DNA of 63,725 nt, counting the filler, from Octopus bimaculoides (lineage: Eukaryota): assembly GCF_001194135.2 (NCBI RefSeq). It is 7 parts of 7 records of this genome, joined end to end, with 100 filler letters (N's around TTAATTAATTAA, not from the genome) between each part and the next. Parts side by side here need not be neighbours in the genome. Positions count along the whole stretch, not along the records: positions 46,120 to 63,725 come from NC_068985.1; 6 more parts are not named here. One strand, given 5' to 3'. The notes beneath the pieces are model-generated. The model made no database searches. It was given only the letters and a program-made list of their open reading frames with translations, and was not told the origin of the DNA. The translations under genes were made by a program, and so were the position numbers. This document shows positions 50,015 to 62,135 of the stretch, piece after piece (the stretch's first letter is position 1; every line of letters starts with the position of its first letter).

Positions 50015-50226
50015 TTCAAATGTCGGGGCGGCAAGGCCAGCAATTTGGGGGCGAGTGTCAGTCGATTACATCGACCCCAGTGCTCAATTGGTAATTATTT
50101 TATCGATCCAGAAAGGATAAAAGGCATTGTCGACCTCAGTGGAATTTGAACTCAGAACGCAATGACGAGCGCAACACTGCTAAGCATTTTGCCCTGCGTG
50201 CTAACGACTCTGCCAGCTCGCTTCCT
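50015..50226. mobile_element. Third abundant short interspersed repeat (gcaaggccagcaattt...cgaccccagtgctcaa...gaatttgaactcagaac)
   Basis: Copies at 50605-50803 (same orientation) and 58545-58745 (reversed); degenerate copies near 7680-7800 and 32700-32880. Confidence 0.7.
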
Positions 50227-51354
50227 TAATGCTGCTATTGTGTTTGTGATTGCAATTATGCTTTTTGTGTCTGCTGTTTGTAGGTGGTTGTTGTTGTTGT
50301 TATCACTGCTACTGCAGTCATTGTGTTCATTGTTGTTGTTGTTGTAGACGTGATTGTCGACATCTCGTTTTGGCTGTGAATGTTTATGTTTACAGTAACT
50401 GTCATAAAAATTATCGATGCTCGTGTTCATGTTGTTGCCATTAATAACGTTTCAATGTTCTTATTGTTGTTACTATTATTGTTGCAGTTATTGTTGTTGT
50501 TGCTGTTGTTTTTATTGTTGCTGCATTTGTTATAATTGTTAGTGTTTTTGTTATTGCTAATATTGTTGTTGTCTTTATTGGAAAACCAAAAGGAAAATAT
50601 CATTTTCAAATTTTTGGCACAAGACCAGCAATTTTAGGGATTACATTGACCAGAGTGTTCAACTGCTACTTATTTTATCAACCCCTAAATGATGAAAGAC
50701 GCAGTCGACCTCTGCAGAATTTGAACTCAGAATATAAAGACAGACAAAATGCCGCTGAGAATTTTGCCCGGCGTGCTAACGATTCTGCCTGCTCACCGCC
50801 TTCTAAGAATCAAAATATTGCGAAGAGGACGAGGTGAACATGTAAAATATAAAGGAGCTAACTGATAGTGTAGTTGTGGCGCCTATGTAAAGGGTGATAT
50901 GATAGGATACAGGAAAGACACTTTCCCCTTCATCTTTGATCAAACCCTCAATGTCTTTTTCAAATAACACTTGGAAAGAAAAGTGAGGGTGGAGAGGGAA
51001 ATGCTACTTCACAGTGAATTTGTGAAAAGGTGAGTGACAGTAGCAAAATACTTAGGGTGAATGGACCTGCTGTAACAATACGCCTGGAGATTAGAGAACA
51101 ACAGTTGGTCGAAGGATCATGCTTTTTCTGGGTAAAGCCATCCTTATCTGTAAGGTTTCTCGATTATTATTTGTTGGAAGTTCTCCTGTATCCGGAGGAC
51201 TGCCTCATTCATGTTATCACAAACTTTGTATACTATGTATACTTTTTATCACATTTCACCCTCTGGAGATTGTCCTTGTGACGTTCCCCTCCATTTATGC
51301 CCCTGTGGCAAATAAAAGAAATTGTTATTATGGTACTGATTTCTGTGTATGCGA

Positions 51355-51459
51355 TGGTGGTTCGGTGGTGGTGGTGGTGGTGGTGGTTGTGTCGGTGTTG
51401 GTGGTGGTTGTTGCGGTGGTGATGGGAGTGATGGTGATAATGATGATGATGATGATGAC

Positions 51460-51491
<32 letters not shown>

Positions 51492-51538
51492 TGACGATGA
51501 TGATGACGATGATGATGATGATGATGATGATGATGAAG
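51355..51538. repeat. (GGT)n/(GAT)n/(GAC)n microsatellite
   Basis: Directly visible. Confidence 0.95.
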
Positions 51539-51807
51539 ATTTTGGGTCGGTGTTTCAGATTTTATTCGAATTCTCTACACTGATGTAGTTTTGCATGCAA
51601 ATTACGAAAATCGCTAACGACGTAACATTTGTCTATTTCATTTAAAAACTACTCGTCAGAATTCAACGAAATTTCCACAGAATGATGGCAACAGTTATAT
51701 ACGCGTGGTGTGTAAAAGGCGTGAGGTTTTGCACAAGTGTCAACAAACCGGTGTCATTTGCAAGATTTCCACGAACTTGCAGTGTTCCAAATTATTAACG
51801 AGTAATT

Positions 51808-52200
51808 GTGGGTCGTAAATGTGACTTAAGTGCTTCAGAGAAACTTGTTATTACTTCTGAACTTGCAAAAGGTAAATCAACATTAGAAATATCTAAAATA
51901 ATTGGAAGATGTCATCAAGCTGTGAAAAGATTTGTTATAGCTCCTACGAAAATACGTAATAGAGCCAACAAAGATCAGTCGAGGGCTATTTCTTAACGTT
52001 CTCTGTCACGAATTAAGCGTGAAGCTGTAAAGAAGCTATGCCTTACAAGTAGAGAACTTTTCAAACGTATTGGCGAAACAACTGTGTCCAGAACTACCAG
52101 CTGTCGTCTTCTGAAAAAATGTCGGTAAACCAGTGATATCAGTTAAAAAGCCTCCTTTAAAGAAAAATTACATATACAAAATCGTCTGAGATAGAGAGAA
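51808..52200 (+). mobile_element. Tc1-like transposase N-terminal remnant
   Basis: MGRKCDLSASEKLVITSELAKGKSTLEISKIIGRCHQAVKRFV followed by RIKREAVK...VSRTT.CRLL. Confidence 0.7.
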
Positions 52201-52352
52201 GATAACATGAACGGATTTTTAGTTCAATCCCAGGCTGGGACTTGGGAAATAATATCAACAGAAAAAATAACATCAGCAAAGAAGAATACCTTAGGAATGA
52301 GAACCAAATACCCCATTAGTCAAATAAAAGGCTGGGTTCGATATTCTGCCAG

Positions 52353-52398
52353 AACACCTGATGAAGGCTGACGAGTACATCAACCGAAACGTTGCGAT
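52353..52398 (+). ncRNA. Minimal hammerhead motif (canonical core, damaged stem I) in a Penelope-type terminal fragment
   Basis: CTGATGA A GGCTGA cgagtaca TCAACC GAAAC GT T; stem II has 5 of 6 pairs; stem I (aacac/gcgat) has only 3 of 5 pairs. Confidence 0.55.
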
Positions 52399-52635
52399 AA
52401 CAACAAACAAGGTGTGGATACCTATCCGTCTATTGTAAATAATGTACATAATTCCTCATCTCAAAAATATAAGAATAGAAAATGAAACGCAATTTATAAA
52501 CAATGGTAAAATTTTTTTTGACTGTTTTCATTAACCTCTCATGAATCCTAAAATTCCTTTTTGGGAAACATTTTTTAAATTATAGTTTTATAATATGGAC
52601 AGTTCGAATCTGCACTTTGTTTCTCGTGTACTCTT

Positions 52636-53046
52636 TTACTCTTTTACTTGTTTCAGTCATTTGACTGCGGCCATGCTGGAGTGCTGCCTTTAGTCGAGCA
52701 AATCGACCCCAGGACTTATTCTTTGTTAGCCTAGTACTTATTCTATCGGTCTCTTTTGCCGAACCGCTAAGTTACGGGGACATAAACACACCAGCATCGG
52801 TTGTCAAGCGATGTTGGGCAGACAAATACAGACACACAAACATACACACACACATACATATACATATATATATACATATGTACGACAGGCTTCTTTCAGT
52901 TTCCGTCTACCAAATCCACTCACAAGGCTTTGGTCGGCCCGAGGCTATAGCAGAAGACACTTGCCCAAGGTGTCACGCAGTGGGAATGAACCCGGAACCA
53001 TGTGGTTGTTTAGCAAGCTACTTACCACACAGCCACTCCTGCGCCT
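52636..53046 (-). mobile_element. Full-length SINE copy, family of 24370-24806
   Basis: From the ttttactcttttacttg tail to the ccactcctgcgcct head. Confidence 0.85.
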
Positions 53047-53298
53047 TTATAATTTTAAAATAATTTTCAGACGAAAAGGGGATTTGAAGGAAATTTAGCT
53101 GTTGCTTCTAGCACATCCTGTCACTCTGGGATGTTTAGATGTTTTTCAATATTTTCCACCCATAAACATATTTTTTGTAATGATGATGAAGTAGCCCATT
53201 GCTGGGATTTAAGTAACAACAAAAAAATTCTCTAAGCCCGCCCATATCAATCAGGCGAGCTCATGCGCAACATTTGTGTGTATGTTTGTGTGTGTGTA

Positions 53299-53338
<40 letters not shown>

Positions 53339-54169
53339 TGTGTAACAAAAAACTGTTTACTAACAGAAAAGTATGTTATTAAAATAAATTATCTTTTACA
53401 TACTTTTTTTAAATCACATGCATACACACACTGACAAACATACACATTGACACACTCACACACACTAACTCAACATGAGCGATACACTTTAATAGGAAGT
53501 GAAAAAGTTTACCACTGAAAATGAAAGAGACAAATGTAGAGAGAAAGAGAGGGAGAGAGGGATCTTTTCTGTCGCTGTAACTGATTTTGGAATTTTAAAA
53601 TTAGGTGAAAATGTTCAAATTTGGTAAATTGACGTACTTTTTCATTATGAATCCAAGTTTGTGATTCATTTATTCCAGAAAAAATTGTCACTGATGTTTT
53701 AAAGTTTGATTATTTTTAGCGAATCAGAAAACAGGATTTGGAACCTAAGCATTCTGTGCATAAGCTGTGTATCATAAAATTGAAAGTAGACATTAAAAGA
53801 CAAGGTTTTAAATAAAATGAAAGTCATGGATGTGAGTTAATACATATACAAAGAGAATGAGTGTCAAAGATTATGGTAAATATATGCAGAGAGATAAATT
53901 GATTGTAATAGATAAAGAGTGGGAGAAGTTGTTGTTCTAAAAGTTAAGTTATTTCTCGTAATAAATTATATTTTTTTATTATTATTTATGAACGACATTG
54001 TCTGTGAGGTGTAGATTTCAAAAATCAAATTCGCTTATCTCGAGTTTTGTGCGTTGGCACTCATATAGACAGATAATAACTGAGTGAATTTATGTGTGTT
54101 TGTTTGTTTGTGTGTGTGTATGTGTATGTGTGTGTGTGTGTGTGTGTTTTATGTGTGTGTTTTATGTGT

Positions 54170-54217
<48 letters not shown>

Positions 54218-55398
54218 ATGCGTGTGTGTGTGAGCGTACGTATTTAGGTAGCATGATAAGAGTACACTTCAATTCAAATTTCACACTCTTGTTAATGATC
54301 GAACTTAGTCGATCATTCGTGGTAATGATGATGCCATTTCTAGACAACAATCTTGTAACTTGAATGTTAGTGTTTGGAAATTCGTAGTGCGTCTCTATTT
54401 GAGAATAAGTTTGTTTTTTTTTTTGTAATGTTATTATTAGTCGAACGTGCATCAAACATATTCCAACTGATAATAACATTACAATTTTACTTATCACTAT
54501 TTAGCGCTTCCCCTCCGTAGTTTATTTTCTCTTGTTCTGCCTGCGCAGTAGCTCTAGATGCACTGATTGATTAAAATATGTGTTTGTGCCTTTACATCCC
54601 TCATAGTAATGTCCCGCACGAGACATCGGCCTCACCTCTAAGGGTTACATGTTAGACCAGCGTCTCCTAACATGAGTTCGGCGGAACCCACGTGTTCCGC
54701 GAGAATAGTGATAAATAGGCTGGCTTTTTTAGTCATTTTTATGTTCAATTTTATATTCATAATTCATTATCCCTGTAAGGTATATATTCTCTAAGGTAGG
54801 GAGATCCTGGAATATACGGATAGTAAGGTGACCCTACGGAGGAAAAATAGTGTCTTGCTAGAAAATTGTAGCGGAATGTATCAAATATACCTCATGAGAC
54901 GTGGAAAATATTTCAAGGTTTTCCGAGAGAGAATGACTGAGAAATGTTACGTCATAGAATCTGGGTTTTTTCAAATTGACCAATTCTCTTCATTCCAGTG
55001 AACTCAGCACTCAGTCAAATTGATTATCGCGTTGATGCTTAAGACGGATCGTGTAAAACAACAGACAACTGGCGCAAGGTCTTGTTTCTTCGCCAACGTA
55101 TTTCAGTAACTTTGAAAGAAAGTAACGTGACTATTATAAGAAATTGTAAGGAATTGCATATAGCTCACATAATGTGTTTTGGATAAAATAAAACAATGAT
55201 TTAAATGATTAAATTCTTTTACCTTATTTATATATAATGTGTATCTTTAGTTTTTTGAATTGTACTCGCTGCTAATTGACTTGATCTGAGGTCGTGTTTT
55301 GAAATTGAAACAATTAAAATGTGGAAAAGGTATGAAAAACATTTCAAAGCAAACAACAAACTTGAATTCGATCGCTTCCGAACCGAATTTTGTTTCGG

Positions 55399-56125
55399 CT
55401 AGCTCTGAACTATATTGCATCTAAAAAGAAATCTTTCCCAAGATGACCACTGCAGCTTCTGACTTTTCAGAGCTATGACATACATTAAGTACGTCACATA
55501 GATAAATATTTCAATCTAGAACTACTTCTGTTGCATAATTTGAATATTATTCAGCCCTGCGGCCTCTTTACAAACCAGTGTATTGTTTATTCACTTCTTC
55601 TATATACTTCGAACTGACCGAGGCGACTTCATGTCAGAGGTGACCTGAGTGCATGGTATTGACAAATTGCAAAAAAGTGCGAAATGTGCATCTGTCCCTC
55701 CTGCGGTCGCCTCGCCTCGTCTAGCTCTGAGGCGTATTGTGATTTTAACACACACTACGTCTATAATGGATCTTTCTCGAGACGACCACCGCAACGAAAT
55801 AATATACGTTAAGTATGTATACAGATAACTATTTTAATCTAGAGCTGCTTCTATTGCATAATTTGCATTTTATTGAACCTAGCAGTCGCATTGTGTCTTG
55901 TGAATTGTTAATTCACTGATTTTATATACTTCAGAGTGGTCAAAGTGATTTCGTGTCGGAAGTGATTCGAGTGCACGGCATTGACAAACCACAAAAAAAA
56001 AAAAATGGTGAAATACGCATCTGTCACTCGCGCCCACCTCCATTCGTCTAGCTCTGAAAAATATTGCTTTTTTAACACACTACGTTTATAAACATATTTT
56101 TCCTGACACGACCGCTACAGCTGCT
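55399..56125. repeat. Degenerate tandem repeat, unit about 325 bp, about 2.3 copies
   Basis: Anchor ctagctctga at 55399, 55721 and 56048; shared blocks aatctaga.ct.cttct.ttgcataatttg and gagtgca.gg.attgacaaa. Confidence 0.75.
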
Positions 56126-57644
56126 GACTGAATGAAGTACTACGCTCCGCCCTGTCCATAAATTGAACACATGGCCCTATGGTCGTGAGCCCAGCATCTT
56201 AACTAATAGGTTAAGGACCTTCGCTGCGCTATTACTATAACGAAATGATGATTTTTGTCACTTCAGTACTTCATTAACACTGCAACATATTTGTCGTCTC
56301 CACAGAGTAGTAGTGAAAGTATTTGTAAGATCTGTGAATACGCTTTTTATTTTCTTTTGGGGGAAATTAATCCCTTTTAACAACATTAGTTATATTTTTG
56401 TCAATGACTTGGTGACGTATAAATCGTAATTAGTCTAATCAACGCGCTATTTTGCCAGCTCGCCGCCTTAAACATGGTTCATACGTGAAGAGAAATTATA
56501 TAAAAGCAAAGGAATTTGAAGTCAGGGCGCCAGGACAATTACTACAAATACAACACACACACAAATGTGTGTGCGTGTGTGTATTATTAAAATATTTGCA
56601 AATGTCATTGAGTATAACCACTCGTATACGTCTCGGCGAGGGAATGCAAAAAATGTAGAAGACGCCGAAAATTCTAGAATATTCTCTACAGTCTCTTAGG
56701 CATGAACGAAAAATCGAATTAGACACAAATATACTTTAGGAAATAGTTATTAATTTATCAAGTTCTACGGTTCTATACGGTTCTTACTGAGCATCTTTTG
56801 GTGTCTGTATATATAGATATCCTTCCAAATCATATAATAACCCCAGTTGTGTTGTGTTGATGTGTTTCGATGAAATACTCCCATTATTTCACAGCAATTT
56901 TCGTCCAAAGACGCTTGTATATTTTTTTCAGAGTTGCTATACATTTAACCGCATACTGATGGATCTCCTACAATAGCAGTGAAAATGTAGGGCCATATTT
57001 CTGAACCAAATAATGCGCCAAACTTCAACCCTATCGTTCGGTTACCATGATATAAGCACGAGATCGTATGATAGAGATGAAGTTAGTGAAAGAATATTCT
57101 TGCACATCTTTAACTTAAACCGGAAGGATCTTTATAGTTCGGTCTTATCGTGATCACGGTATATTTCTTTTGAGAAGTATGACTAACTATAGAATGAATG
57201 TTGTTATGAAGGAGTTCGTTAAGATATCCAAATAGATTTTAAAGATTAATGTTTATACGAATCTCAGTATAATTAATTCCTTGGCTATAACTTGAGATTA
57301 AGGCACTGGAATATACTGTTTTTATGGTAAACCTAACGGAGAGTTGCAATACATTCATATAAAGTTTAACTATTCCCCCAATAATGCAAAGCTATTTAGT
57401 TAATAAAATTAGTAAGCACATAGCTAATTAATCATCTGAAGAGAACTCCTGTAAACATGTTGCCCGTTATTACACTGAGGCTTTAACAAACAGTGGCATC
57501 ACACATAGAATACATTATTATATAAACGCAAGCAGGATTCGAAAGATTGTCTATAATCTAAATGTTCTAACATTGCTAGGATTTTCCTAATACACCATAA
57601 ATTTCGCTCCACACACGCACACACACACATATACATATATACAT

Positions 57645-58220
57645 TATTTCCCCTTCTTCCTAGCTCTCCTGTCTGACCATTCTGTCCGGTATTCGCTATG
57701 ATAGATAGCTAGCAACTACACCTTTATTTTCTCTACCTGTTTCTTTCTGTGTTCCTTTCTGTGTTCCTTTCTGTGAAAGAGCATAGGCTCGAAACGTTAA
57801 AGACCTTTTCACTTCGCGAGCGTTAAACTAATACATCAGTTTGTTGTCTACACCACCTGTCTTCGTCTTTTGTTTTTTTATTAATTCCCCCTATNNNNNN
57901 NNNNNNNNNNNNNNNNNNNNNNNNNNNNNNNNNNNNNNNNNNNNNNNNNNNNNNNNNNNNNNNNNNNNNNNNNNATACACCATAAATTTCGCTCCACACA
58001 CGCACACACACACATATACATATATAGTTCAAATGTGCAAAAAAAAATACAGAGACAGATAAAAATGTATTAGTTCGACAAACAAGATGTATTAGTTTGA
58101 AGTTCAGGAGAGATGGAAAAATCGTGGATGCTTCGAGCCTATGCTCTTCGACAGACAGAAATGAGGTAAAAAAAAAACAAAAAAACGGAGACATGAACAA
58201 CGGAAAATGGAAAAAAACGT
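57645..58220. mobile_element. Two oppositely oriented Penelope terminal-repeat fragments separated by a gap
   Basis: gagcataggctcgaaacgttaaagac...taatacatc on the plus strand at 57779-57837, and its reverse (gatgtattagttt, ttcgagcctatgctcttcgacag) at 58085-58154. Confidence 0.7.
57767..57802 (+). ncRNA. Hammerhead-like variant motif, second copy (CTTT CTGTGAAA GAGC ATAG GCTC GAAAC GT T AAAG)
   Basis: Same architecture as 15854-15890. Confidence 0.45.
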
Positions 58221-58882
58221 GTTTGAGTTAACGGTTTCACATGTTGAATTGACTGGAAGGAAATGGTTGAATGGAAAGGGAATTAACAGTCACCTGGCTA
58301 AATATGCACGCAAGCGCGTGTGAACGTGTGTGTGCAGATGATGTATGTGAGCGTATATGTGTGTAGGGGGTATGTACAAGTATAAGATAATGTGAGCCTA
58401 TGTGTGTGTGCATGTATGGGAGTGTGTGTGCATGTATGGGAGTGTGCGTGTGTGTATGTGCATGAAGCATGTATGTGAGGCATTGTTGGGCGCGAGTGTA
58501 TTCTGTGTCTTTATGCGTATGCAATATATAGAGACACAAAGGTGGCGAGCTGTCAGAATCGTTAACACGCCAGTAAAATTCTTTGAGGAATTTCGCCCAT
58601 CTTTACATCGTTAGTTCAAATTCCACCGATATCGACTTCCTCTTTCGTCCATTCGGACTATAAAATAAGTACCAGTTAAGCACTGGGGTAGATGTAATCG
58701 ACCTTTTCTTTCCCTCCAACTTGCTGACCTTGTGCCAAAATTTGAAACCAATGGATAGACACACACACACACGCACACGCGCGCGTGCACACACACATAC
58801 ACACACACACACACGCATATACAGAGAGGCAATTATTTGCATACACAAATTAAATATAATAGCTTGGGTTTGGTATAAAATA

Positions 58883-58947
<65 letters not shown>

Positions 58948-58949
58948 CA

Positions 58950-59926
58950 CGCACTGTACGTCGATGGTTTGAGAAGTTCCGGTCTGATGACTTTACTCTT
59001 GAAAATCAGTCCCATGGTAGACCTGAGACCAAGGTGGATAATGATAAACTGGAAACTGTAGTGGGATCGGATACGTCTCAAACTACGTGTGAGTTAGCAG
59101 CAAGGTTTGATGTTTCGATTCCAACTGTATTGGACCATCTAAAACAAATTGGCATGGTAAAAGTTGGCTGGACAAGCGAATACCACACGAACTAAACGAG
59201 CGTCAAATGGCACATTGTCTTGAAACTTGCTGTTCTTTGCTGTCACGGCATAAAAGTGAACCATTTTTGCATCATATTATTACGTTTGGTGAAAAATGGA
59301 TTCTTTTCAACAATAGCAAGCGTTTTACACGGTGTTTGGATAGAAACGAAATGCCAAAACACAATCCAAAAAGAATATTCACCAAACAAGCTAATGATGT
59401 TTGTTTGGCGGTCCAGTGCTGGTATCATCCAATACAGCTTCATGAGACCTGGTAACTCAATTACAGCGGATGTATACATCAACCAATTGGATGAAATAAT
59501 GAGTGAACTTACAATTAAACAATCGAGATTGGTCAATAGAGACAGGTCAATTCTCTTGCAAGACAATGTTCGATCACATGTTGCACAAAAAACGCTACTC
59601 AAGTTATAGGAACTGACTCTGTCATCCACCATATTCCCCAGACCTTACACCAGCTGACTATCAAGTTTTCCAGGCATTAGACAACTTTTTGAAAGGAAAA
59701 AGCTTTAAATCTGAAGAAGATGCAAAAACAGCCTTTTGTGATTTCATCACCTCTTGCGCACCGGAATTCTACGCTGACGGCATAAATAAGCTAGCGATAA
59801 ATTGGCAAAATTGTGTTTATGTTTAAAATTTAGGTACATACTTTGATTAACTGCATTACTTTTTGTTGAGATAAAATAAAATAAACTTTCAATTCAAAAT
59901 CGGACATTTCGTTATAAATGACCTGA
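58950..59926 (+). mobile_element. Mariner (DD34D) transposon, 5'-truncated and pseudogenised
   Basis: RTVRRWFEKFRSDDFTLEN..GRP, IITFGEKWILFNN, LMMFVWRSSAGII and ILLQDNVRSH; 3' TIR-like end ...ataaatgacctga|ta. Confidence 0.9.
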
Positions 59927-59935
59927 TATACATAC

Positions 59936-59978
<43 letters not shown>

Positions 59979-60674
59979 NNNNNNNNNNNNNNNNNNNNNN
60001 NNNNNNNNNNNNNNNNNNNNNNNNNNNNNNNNNNNNNNNNNNNNNNNNNNNNNNNNNNNNNNNNNNNNNNNNNNNNNNNNNNNNNNNNNNNNNNNNNNNN
60101 NNNNNNNNNNNNNNNNNNNNNNNNNNNNNNNNNNNNNNNNNNNNNNNNNNNNNNNNNNNNNNNNNNNNNNNNNNNNNNNNNNNNNNNNNNNNNNNNNNNN
60201 NNNNNNNNNNNNNNNNNNNNNNNNNNNNNNNNNNNNNNNNNNNNNNNNNNNNNNNNNNNNNNNNNNNNNNNNNNNNNNNNNNNNNNNNNNNNNNNNNNNN
60301 NNNNNNNNNNNNNNNNNNNNNNNNNNNNNNNNNNNNNNNNNNNNNNNNNNNNNNNNNNNNNNNNNNNNNNNNNNNNNNNNNNNNNNNNNNNNNNNNNNNN
60401 NNNNNNNNNNNNNNNNNNNNNNNNNNNNNNNNNNNNNNNNNNNNNNNNNNNNNNNNNNNNNNNNNNNNNNNNNNNNNNNNNNNNNNNNNNNNNNNNNNNN
60501 NNNNNNNNNNNNNNNNNNNNNNNNNNNNNNNNNNNNNNNNNNNNNNNNNNNNNNNNNNNNNNNNNNNNNNNNNNNNNNNNNNNNNNNNNNNNNNNNNNNN
60601 NNNNNNNNNNNNNNNNNNNNNNNNNNNNNNNNNNNNNNNNNNNNNNNNNNNNNNNNNNNNNNNNNNNNNNNNNN

Positions 60675-60708
<34 letters not shown>

Positions 60709-61499
60709 GACAGAGTGAGTTGGCAGTTTATAATTGGGTATGGTCATAAATATTGTCAGGATTTAGAAAATGTATAAGTAATTGTCTATAAAGGAGGTTG
60801 GGTAGGGGAAGACCCTAAATCAAGATGTTAATTACCAATTAAAGGGGCAAAACGCTAATAAAACCTGTGATGTTAATACAGAGGAAATTATCAAGGGGTA
60901 CAATGGATGATTGTATATAAACAATATTGTTGTGTTGTACGAAGATAAAATTTAAGATTACTAAAAATGATATTATAACCAGAATAGAAAAACTGTATAT
61001 ATATATATACCAATTTTCAACATTAGAAAGGGAAGATTACATAGAATTAGTTTAATATTCATACCAGTTCTTAATTATTTACTTATAAGGTGGTTTCTAT
61101 AAAGATTGCTCTGGGTATTCACTTATGGAATACTGGGGCGATAAATCATGCTATTTTTATATTAGTTATAAGCCAAGAATCACAAAATAATCAGAAAAAT
61201 AAGTTGTTCACAGATACATACACATATTTAACTATGTGCATACATGCAAGTATACACAAATACTTGTACTTTATTGTGGGTATGTTATAACCAACTCTTC
61301 TAGACTTAAGTAACTAGAAAGTTTATATTTCTCTTTAAGAACATTAATAACTTATAAGAGATAGGAGGTTAATGGGTAAATATATCAAAATAAGAAAGCA
61401 CAATAGTAAGAAATTATAGAGAATAGTAATAAAATATATATAACTTATCATATATAATACTAGCGGGTAAGTTCACGTCATATACGACGCTAAAATTAA

Positions 61500-62005
61500 T
61501 TTCTCCTGTCTAGGTTCAAGTGCAGTACCTATAAACGCTAATTTCGAAAATATTTAAATGTACGCGTGACACTATGTATGCATGATACCCTTAGGTCTAA
61601 TATATTATTAACCAGGTTGCTCTTGTTCCTATACTTAAAAATTTCATAAGTTTCCATAGAGCGCAGCTCGCACCCGTACCGATTATCTCTATAAGGCTGC
61701 GCTTTCCTTATAATATCCTATTTGATGTTAAATTCGATTCTGCTTCCCTTCAGTTCTCAAATCTTGCTAGATAAGGACATACAATTGGCCTTATGTATGA
61801 GCCCAAAAAGATGAAAAATGCTTATTAATGCGTTTTTTCATATTTATTGAACATCCTATATAAACAAAGTTACCAGCTACAGTTGTGATAGTACACTTAT
61901 AGATTACGTTTTGGGTTAGACATCGGCTTAATAACGGACAATGGAATTTAACCCTACAATTGCAACTAGGAGAATTACCACTATTAATATTATTGATATT
62001 CATAC

Positions 62006-62039
<34 letters not shown>

Positions 62040-62072
62040 NNNNNNNNNNATTAATATTATTGATATTCATAC

Positions 62073-62135
<63 letters not shown>

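Noticed and set aside
56940-57050. Minus-strand reading FTAIVGDPSVCG as a possible Rheb exon 1 P-loop
   Set aside because: Followed by a stop, no start codon or proper donor, and lies beyond the FATP exons.
57434-57470. CTGAAGA...TAAACATGTT possible hammerhead (a similar weak case lies near 31115-31160)
   Set aside because: The GAAA core is broken and stems I and II cannot be formed convincingly.
57590-58025. ~50-bp direct duplication (57590-57641 and 57975-58025) around a Penelope terminal repeat
   Set aside because: The second copy begins exactly at a gap edge and is mostly CA/TA repeat, so it cannot be separated from a haplotype or assembly overlap.
61983-62135. Duplicated attaatattattgatattcataccatta-(tta)n on both sides of a short gap
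   Set aside because: Probably the same sequence assembled twice across a microsatellite.
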